Shown here piece after piece: positions 58,601 through 64,000 of a DNA stretch of 64,000 nucleotides. Under the pieces are notes generated by a model. The model saw only the letters and a program-made list of their open reading frames with translations, did not search any database and had not been told where the DNA came from. Origin of the DNA: Cetorhinus maximus (lineage: Eukaryota); contig NC_135899.1 in the NCBI RefSeq assembly GCF_964194155.1, positions 68,200,001-68,264,000 of the forward strand. The letters are read 5' to 3'. Made by a program: the position numbers and the translations under genes. How positions within the stretch are numbered: the first letter of the stretch is position 1; each line of letters opens with the position of its first letter.

Positions 58601-61600
58601 ACATTGGGCAAGTCTTGGAAATTTAGTAATGCTCTGCATAACTTCACAACAGAAATGAAGCAGTTACTCCACGAGTAAAACATACTTTGTGGCAGATGTA
58701 CAAGTAAATTCTAAGGCTGTTTTCAGTACACATCCTTACACATGGCATTTCTCTCTTTCTTGTTTAGTATGGGGCAGTTCTTGTATTACGTACAAAGGGC
58801 TTTTTAATCCAACACCAAGGAGAAAAGGGATGTACATGCAGCACTGGAAAAATGAGAAGCAACTGTTATCTTGAAATACACAATGGCTTTACTTTTGGGA
58901 CATGGCAAAGATGGTGAGGATTGGTCCAAAGATCCAATTTGTACAAAATTGTTTTGAATACTTCCAATTACATTATTTTGAGGCATTAATACTATGGTAA
59001 AAAGCGCCAGTATTATTTTCAGCAAGAATAGAAGAGGGGGAAAACATACAATCCAAAAAATTGAATAAACTGAACACCAACTTTTTCCTGTTTTTCCCCC
59101 AAAGAGATATTTTAAACTTAGCTCACTGAAAAGTGGAAGCAAATCACAAGATCCTTACAAATTGTTCTGGCAGTATAGTCATAAACTTTTTCCCAGCCTA
59201 GTTACCTGGAGAATTATAGATGTATTAACATCCAATTATGATTAAATTTTACTCCCCTGCCTCCATTTAAGGAAAAAATGTATTTATGCAACATGTTGCA
59301 CATCCTTCACAACCAATGAAATACAACTGAAATGCTGTCACTGTAGTGTAGCCAAATCTCAAACAGCCAGTGAACTTTGATTAGTGTCACAAGGTCTTTT
59401 ATATTCACCTGAATAAGAAGGTAGGACCTTTTGTTTTCCATTTCAACATTGCCAACAGGGTAGCACATTCTCAGCTCTGCACTGAAGATAATGTACTCAA
59501 GTGTCTGAAGCACATCATGAATACCATGATCTTTTCTGAATCAGAGGTGAGCATGTTGCACTATGCTATGGTTGACACATTATGACAGACTCCCGAAACT
59601 ACAGCATTGAAATCAGTACATTTTATAGTAATTACACTTCAAAAATAATCAACTGTGAAGCACTGAGGTACCCAAAGGAAATAAGGTACCATATAAAGCA
59701 AGTTCTTTCTTTTAACCAGTGATCTAGTGTGCTTAATGGATTGTTGAAATTCAAATTAAATAGCTTGTCAAGTGAGTAAAAGTAAGATCTGTTGCAATAC
59801 AAATGTTCTGCTATATGGCACATAAGCATACTATATACACACCGCTGCAAAGTATAAGATGACACCTAGTGGCAGAAATCAGTTACTACATGCACATTTT
59901 CTCCACTTGAATAAGCTAGACGGCTGGTTTCAGAATACTGAACATTTCTAGGGGAATTGTACTATACAGAATGGTTAAGTATTTCAGGATAACGTCATCT
60001 GTTTAACTTAATGCTTGGAAAAGTTTACACAGTTTTGTAGTCTTTTAATTCACAGCTCAGTCATCCAGCAGATGAACCTATTGTTCTTTACACTCTGGAG
60101 GACCAAACTGCAAGAGATCTGCACTTTAGCAATTGTAAGCATCTAAAGTAATTTTGTTAAACTAGTTTCCTGGACAGGACAAGTCTGGATTACAGAACTT
60201 CCAACCTACTAAAAATAAGATGGCAAATGTGGGAAACTGGAGTGTTGCACAAGTACAGAACAAGATACTTCTGATGTAGGAGTTTTACTCTATATGTGCA
60301 AGTTACCATACAAAAAAATGCTCTCTTACTTGAGCAAGGACATGGCACTTCCTTGGCAAGCTGGTCGTGGTCGTTTCTTGAAGAAGTCATGAATGGTTTT
60401 TGGTTGTGGCAGATGATACGGTAGAGATAAATTTGCCTCTGAGAAAAGACGTGCACAATGTTACTACAGGGCTACAAGCTTTTCAACAACTGGCCTTCCA
60501 GGTCAAAACTGAGAGTTTTGTTGCATGGTGGGGCAATAGTCTGATGTTTCCCCACCACTTCTCCTGTTCCACACCACAGCCACTTCTTTGAAATGAAAAC
60601 GAGCCCATTTTGCTCTCTCCTGCTCTCAAAGCTAAAGCCTCTCATTCCAGGGTGCCACCCTCTCCATCACCTGGACACCGTTTCTAAATCAAAGCACCCA
60701 AAGCCGAGCACAGCAATGAAATTGTAGTTTACAAAGGGATTTTTATTTTAAATGTAGCTTAGCATTAACTCTTATTCAAACTACCCTATTTATAAAATCT
60801 AATTCCATACGGCTTTTTAAAAATATAAAAAGATCAATTGGTCCGTTAAATTTTGAAGACTTCAACAACTGCTCCAACCCAACCCAGTACAAAAGCAAAA
60901 TACTGCAGATGCTGGAAGTCCAAAGTAAAAACAGAAAATGCTGGATATACTCAGGTCAGGCAAGGTCTGTGGAGAAAGAGAGTTAAAGTTTCGGGTTGAT
61001 GACCTATGGTTAAAATTGGGTGAGTTTAAAAGTGCGTCAGGTTACAGGCACACAGAGATAGGGAAGAATGAAAGTGGAGGTTTATAATAGGCTGAAAAGC
61101 AGGAGGCATTAAATGACAAAAGAGCTCATGGTGCAAGGTAAAAGGAGTTGGTAGTGGGACAAGTAAAGATAGAAAGATGGGTCTGAGGAGGTGCAAATGG
61201 GAATAGAAGAATCATTATCAACAGGCGCTTTCCAAAAGAAATGGAGGCAGAGGTTATGATCTGGGATTGTTGAAATCAATGTTGAGTCCGGAAGGCTGTT
61301 AAGTACATAATCAAAATTGGAGGTGCTGTTCGAGCTTACATTGAGCTTTATTGGAGAAGTGTAGGAGGCTAAGGACAGAATAGTCAGAGCGCAGAATAAG
61401 GCAGAAATTAAGGTGACAAGTGACCTGAAGCTCAGGATCATGCTTGCAGACTGAAAGAAGCATTCCACAAAGCAGTCATTAAATCTGTGATTGGCAATCC
61501 TAACAAAGAGACTGTATTAGTTAACAGTGTATACGGTACACTAAATTGAAAGTACAAGTAAATTACTGGTTCACCTGAAGGTGTGTTTGGGGCCCTGGAC

Positions 61601-62365
61601 AGTGGGAGAGGTGAAGTTAAAATGACAGATGCTGCATCTCCTAAGTGTGCATGGGAGGATGTCGTGGGAAGGGAAGTGGGCTTTAAAGATGATTGAAAAG
61701 TAGACCACATGGAGGGAATGGTCCCGAACCTCCAAGTTTTTGCTCCTCTCCTCCTTTTAAAACTTTGCCTTGTAAGCTATTATTCTTCCTTCTAAAACAC
61801 ATCGCCTCATTTTTCTGCTCTAAAATTTCAGCTTACATTTGGAGAAGGGTAGGAGGCTAAGGACAGAGCAGTCAGAGTGCAAAATAAGGCAGAAATTAAG
61901 GTGACAAAATCTGCCAATTTTGATATGGTATCCCAATACCAGAGCAGAGATCAAGAGCGAGAGGAGGAAAAAAAAATTAAGCACCGACTTCTGGGTGACA
62001 TCACATTTTAATCCCTTCAGCCTGAAAAACATCCATTCACCATTATAGGTTTATACTTTATAACTATCTTCAGATCCATACTGCTATACCCACTTGAATA
62101 CCGTTTCCTTAAATTTGCAGTACTCCTCAACTAATGCCTTTTGATTTTCTGTGTGCATATTACAAATGTAATTCCTTTATCAAGAGACTCATTTCTCATC
62201 TAGTCGCTAAAACAGAGCAACAGGAAGTAACAAGAGGAAACATATGTACAAGTAGAAGTTAATTCAGACTCTTTAAACCTCACCTCGCATCAATCGCTGA
62301 GTTTCACTGTGAATCTGACGGATTGCCTCTTTACTCTGTTTAGCTGCCTTCCTCTCTGTACGTAC
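34538..62365 (-). CDS. CLSPN: Claspin (Chk1 mediator, Mrc1 homologue); 21 coding exons in window, 5' part outside window
   Basis: Manually spliced exons are all phase-compatible (3180 nt). Peptides match vertebrate claspin: [49 protein letters not shown], three ExxxLC(S)GxF-type repeats, [24 protein letters not shown] and C-terminal RSIFRYLE. Confidence 0.97.
34765..35420 (-). mobile_element. Decayed CR1 3' fragment in last CLSPN intron
   Basis: Minus strand [13 protein letters not shown]-like and [14 protein letters not shown] remnants. Confidence 0.65.
35505..36065 (+). mobile_element. Decayed L2 LINE RT fragment
   Basis: LGNIIQ...[11 protein letters not shown] (FHxYADDTQ motif) and downstream KLQLIxN remnant. 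Confidence 0.7.
36523..36684 (-). CDS. CLSPN: CLSPN exon 20/21 ([22 protein letters not shown]...[12 protein letters not shown]...)
   Basis: taatag| and |gtaag, 162 nt, phase 0->0. Confidence 0.95.
37809..37891 (-). CDS. CLSPN: CLSPN exon 19/21 ([28 protein letters not shown])
   Basis: ttgcag| and |gtatgt, 83 nt, phase 1->0; poorly conserved but closes the frame. Confidence 0.82.
38238..38328 (-). CDS. CLSPN: CLSPN exon 18/21 ([30 protein letters not shown])
   Basis: ctccag| and |gtatt, 91 nt, phase 0->1. Confidence 0.93.
38888..39083 (-). mobile_element. CR1 3' end
   Basis: (GAACAAA)n tail, gtacagcacagg...ggcccttcggccc 3' UTR stem. Confidence 0.75.
39712..41505 (+). mobile_element. Young 5'-truncated CR1 LINE (RT domain), antisense in CLSPN intron
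   Basis: ORFs 39623..40435 and 40474..41424 ([31 protein letters not shown]) separated by a single -1 frameshift; intact 3' UTR and ctatgtcttatggtc tail. Confidence 0.96.
41506..42828 (+). mobile_element. HER1-like LINE (RT + 3' tail); 5' stub at 39688-39711
   Basis: [31 protein letters not shown]; HE1/HER1 tail ending tgaatgagtaaaaaaa. Confidence 0.9.
42869..42993 (-). CDS. CLSPN: CLSPN exon 17/21 ([15 protein letters not shown]...[15 protein letters not shown])
   Basis: tttcag| and |gtact, 125 nt, phase 1->0. Confidence 0.95.
43594..43715 (-). CDS. CLSPN: CLSPN exon 16/21 ([40 protein letters not shown])
   Basis: ctgcag| and |gtatgt, 122 nt, phase 2->1. Confidence 0.96.
44954..45115 (-). 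CDS. CLSPN: CLSPN exon 15/21 ([24 protein letters not shown]...[15 protein letters not shown])
   Basis: ttatag| and |gtgag, 162 nt, phase 2->2. Confidence 0.95.
45596..45684 (-). CDS. CLSPN: CLSPN exon 14/21 ([29 protein letters not shown])
   Basis: aatcag| and |gtgag, 89 nt, phase 0->2. Confidence 0.87.
46780..47040 (+). mobile_element. Very decayed L2 3' fragment
   Basis: [11 protein letters not shown] and LHWNSL remnants. Confidence 0.45.
48326..48395 (-). CDS. CLSPN: CLSPN exon 13/21 ([23 protein letters not shown])
   Basis: acttag| and |gtgag, 70 nt, phase 2->0. Confidence 0.9.
48540..48657 (-). CDS. CLSPN: CLSPN exon 12/21 (Chk1-binding repeat 3, [15 protein letters not shown])
   Basis: tagcag NAGNAG acceptor (end 48657 or 48654), |gtaag donor, phase 1->2. 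Confidence 0.92.
48879..49108 (-). CDS. CLSPN: CLSPN exon 11/21 (Chk1-binding repeats 1 and 2)
   Basis: ttgtag| and |gtact, 230 nt, phase 2->1; [12 protein letters not shown] and [12 protein letters not shown]. Confidence 0.95.
49399..49985. mobile_element. Non-autonomous TIR element family B in CLSPN intron
   Basis: GGCCCATAACCTCCGA ... TCGGAAGTTACAGCCC (12/16 inverted match), TAA at left flank, internal hairpins. Confidence 0.68.
50096..50247 (-). CDS. CLSPN: CLSPN exon 10/21 ([26 protein letters not shown]...[10 protein letters not shown])
   Basis: caacag| and |gtgag, 152 nt, phase 0->2. Confidence 0.95.
50674..50891 (-). CDS. CLSPN: CLSPN exon 9/21 (DEDDS...[23 protein letters not shown]...SSASK)
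   Basis: tttcag| and |gtaag, 218 nt, phase 1->0. Confidence 0.95.
51695..51765 (-). CDS. CLSPN: CLSPN exon 8/21 ([23 protein letters not shown])
   Basis: tttcag| and |gtaat, 71 nt, phase 2->1; rebuilds SKL-DEDDS across the junction. Confidence 0.83.
52478..52583 (-). CDS. CLSPN: CLSPN exon 7/21 ([34 protein letters not shown])
   Basis: tttcag| and |gtaat, 106 nt, phase 1->2; weakly conserved but required for phase. Confidence 0.8.
53648..53729 (-). CDS. CLSPN: CLSPN exon 6/21 ([27 protein letters not shown])
   Basis: tcttag| and |gtaagt, 82 nt, phase 0->1; EFLL motif. Confidence 0.85.
54244..54413 (-). CDS. CLSPN: CLSPN exon 5/21 ([35 protein letters not shown]...)
   Basis: gtacag| and |gtata, 170 nt, phase 1->0. 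Confidence 0.94.
55219..55283. repeat. AT-rich inverted repeat (27-bp arms, 11-nt loop)
   Basis: TACTGATCAACAGCTATTTGTAATATT / AATATTACAGATAACTGTTGGTCAATA, 4 transition mismatches. Confidence 0.75.
55625..55968 (+). mobile_element. CR1 3' fragment next to the GC donor
   Basis: [18 protein letters not shown]...WNSLPQ remnant and 3' UTR ggcctactcctgctcct. Confidence 0.85.
55991..56179 (-). CDS. CLSPN: CLSPN exon 4/21 ([12 protein letters not shown]...DGKEELKAD...KP), GC donor
   Basis: gttcag| acceptor, CAG|gcaagt donor, 189 nt, phase 1->1. Confidence 0.92.
56395..56636 (+). mobile_element. Decayed CR1 3' end
   Basis: 3' UTR aaatggactccttttgtgctgtatcatt resembles 33520-33555 and 18725-18760. 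Confidence 0.55.
57838..58469 (-). CDS. CLSPN: CLSPN exon 3/21 (large acidic exon, SSKYQP...[14 protein letters not shown]...PKENK)
   Basis: tttcag| and |gttgc, 632 nt, phase 2->1; ORF track 57791..58447. Confidence 0.92.
59320..59575 (-). mobile_element. Deu-domain SINE relic
   Basis: caatgaaatac...tgaaatgctgtcactgtagtgta matches the reverse complement of 17735-17775. Confidence 0.5.
59858..59890 (-). promoter_or_regulatory. Candidate CTCF site
   Basis: TGCCACTAGGTGTCA core with upstream TGTAGT module. Confidence 0.4.
60330..60438 (-). CDS. CLSPN: CLSPN exon 2/21 ([36 protein letters not shown]; PIP-like motif)
   Basis: tctcag| and |gtaag, 109 nt, phase 1->2. Confidence 0.95.
60890..61725 (-). 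mobile_element. Penelope-like element 3' part (endonuclease + 3' UTR + terminal repeat)
   Basis: Reverse complement similar to 7690-8300 (ccctctcccactgtccagggccccaaacacaccttc) plus terminal repeat at 60890-61010. Confidence 0.78.
62284..62365 (-). CDS. CLSPN: CLSPN exon 1/21 in window ([27 protein letters not shown])
   Basis: ttaaag| acceptor, |gtgag donor, 82 nt, phase 0->1. Confidence 0.92.
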
Positions 62366-63114
62366 CTTTAAGGACAGAAAGCAATAAGAATTGTATCAGG
62401 TGGAGGGGCATGTAACCTGAAACATTAAACAAATGGAATTTAATATTCAAAAATAACCATAAAAATGTTTATTTTTGAATACTGGTTACCAGAAGGAACT
62501 TGCACTGGATGCAGCATACCTCCAGTGATCCCTTAACCTCATTCTCAATAACTGGTTTTATCTATGCTCAGCTTGTGCTTTAAGGCAATAATAGAGGTTT
62601 GAAATTTCATTTGAATCAATAAAAATTGTCTAAGATAAAAAAAGACATGCCTAAATTCTGAAAACATACTTGATAGCTATGTGCAATATTAAACTTTGAG
62701 CACCAATCACAATGTGCAGCATTGCATTTTGTCAATTACCCAACACTGGAGTAATAGATGGTTAGTGGTAAGAGTATCTCAGTTGTAGTTAAACATCACC
62801 AGAACTCTGACAAATCAAATAATGTCACAAACCACAATTATAAGGCAAGTAACATCCCTGTACATTTCATAAATTTGTGACTTCCTATACATAGGTGTTC
62901 ACGATTGGTGATGACATGGCCACTGCAACTTCAGTATCTGCCTGACAGCATAACATTGCATTTTCAGTGTAACTTCACAAGTCACATCCATAGGAGAGAA
63001 ATATTGCATTTCAAGTCATAACTATATTTTTGACCAATTTTGAGTTGTGGCTGGTGACCTCAATTTTACATTACTGTAGGCTCAGGATTTGGGTTAAGCA
63101 TGTATCCATGTTTT

Positions 63115-63625
63115 AAAAAGCAGAAGTTATAGCACAGAAATGGGCCTTTTGGCCCAGCTGGTCAATGCCAGTGTTTATGCTCCAAACAAGTGTCTTCTCA
63201 AGAGCACAAGAAATAAGAGAAGACAATTTCTCGTCTTCTGACCCGATAGGCTTGCTCCACCATTCAATACAATCATGGCTGATCTTGGGCTTCAACTCTA
63301 CATTCCTGGTCGCTCTCCAGATCCCGCTATTCCAAGAGACCAAAACTCTGCCTAAACCAGCCTTAAAGGTATTCAATGATGGAATATCCACAACCCCTTG
63401 GGTAGAGAATTCCAAGATTCACATCCTTTTGAGTGAATTAGTTGCTCATTACCTCAGTCCTAAATGACTGGCCCCTTATACTGATACTGCGCTCGTGTTT
63501 TAGATTCCCAGACCAGCGGAAACAATCTCTCAGCATTTACCCTATCAAGCCCTTTCAGAATCTTGTATGTTTCAAAAAGACAGCCTTTCATTCTTCTAAA
63601 TGCCAGAGAATATAGGCCCAAGCTA
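63115..63625 (-). mobile_element. CR1 3' fragments (two adjoining 3' ends)
   Basis: [20 protein letters not shown] remnant, WNSLP-like segment, 3' UTR. Confidence 0.8.
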
Positions 63626-64000
63626 TGAATTGCTGATTAAATTCAGGAGGATTCATTGGTTTAAATTATAAATACAACATCCACGTAAAGTTCAGGAGCT
63701 TCTAGCTGAGCAAATGAATAAGTCATTTCAAATGCCTGTATAAAAGAGTGTATTGAGCAAGGGACACTATAGACTTGCCCCATTGGAGTTTAACCATATT
63801 ATACTCACTAATAGTTTTCCAAATGTCTATCCATTCATTTTTATTTTAATTGTAAAATATGAACCAATTCAAGATACGGGGTAATTAGCCATAGTCCACG
63901 AGAGACCATAGGCATCTCTGTTAGAGAGGTAGAAGTGGCGCCATTCCATATCAAGCATGGGGCAAGGCAAAGAAGCAGGAACCCATGAACTACCACAGGT

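Noticed and set aside
60355-60405. CRL4-Cdt2 PIP degron in [12 protein letters not shown]
   Set aside because: Lacks the TD motif and position +4 is Pro; only the known PIP-like box is supported.
1-64000. CRISPR arrays, rRNA, prokaryotic operons or viral genes
   Set aside because: No regularly spaced repeats, rRNA similarity or dense ORFs; the sequence is intron- and repeat-rich vertebrate DNA.

Overview
Eukaryotic genomic DNA, almost certainly a cartilaginous fish (shark). The inference rests on HE1/HER1-type SINE/LINE tails, a Deu-domain SINE, abundant CR1 LINEs and Penelope-like elements. The right half carries the 3' 21 coding exons of claspin (CLSPN) on the minus strand (62365 down to the stop at 34538; the 5' exons lie beyond the window end). 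Hand splicing gives 3180 nt of phase-consistent ORF (1059 aa + stop), with the three Chk1-binding repeats, one GC-AG intron and one NAGNAG acceptor. The left half (1-34000) has no recognisable conserved protein gene. It is a mosaic of decayed CR1/HER1/L2 LINEs, a Gypsy LTR relic, Penelope-like elements whose 3' ends carry minimal hammerhead-ribozyme motifs, hairpin-rich non-autonomous TIR elements (Harbinger-like), enhancer-like unique blocks and a few speculative orphan exons. I found no convincing evidence of a new biological system. The best leads are the hammerhead motifs, the hairpin-built TIR elements, the nested insertions, the GC-AG intron and a possible unannotated spliced plus-strand ORF. 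All coordinates were read by hand and repeat boundaries are approximate.
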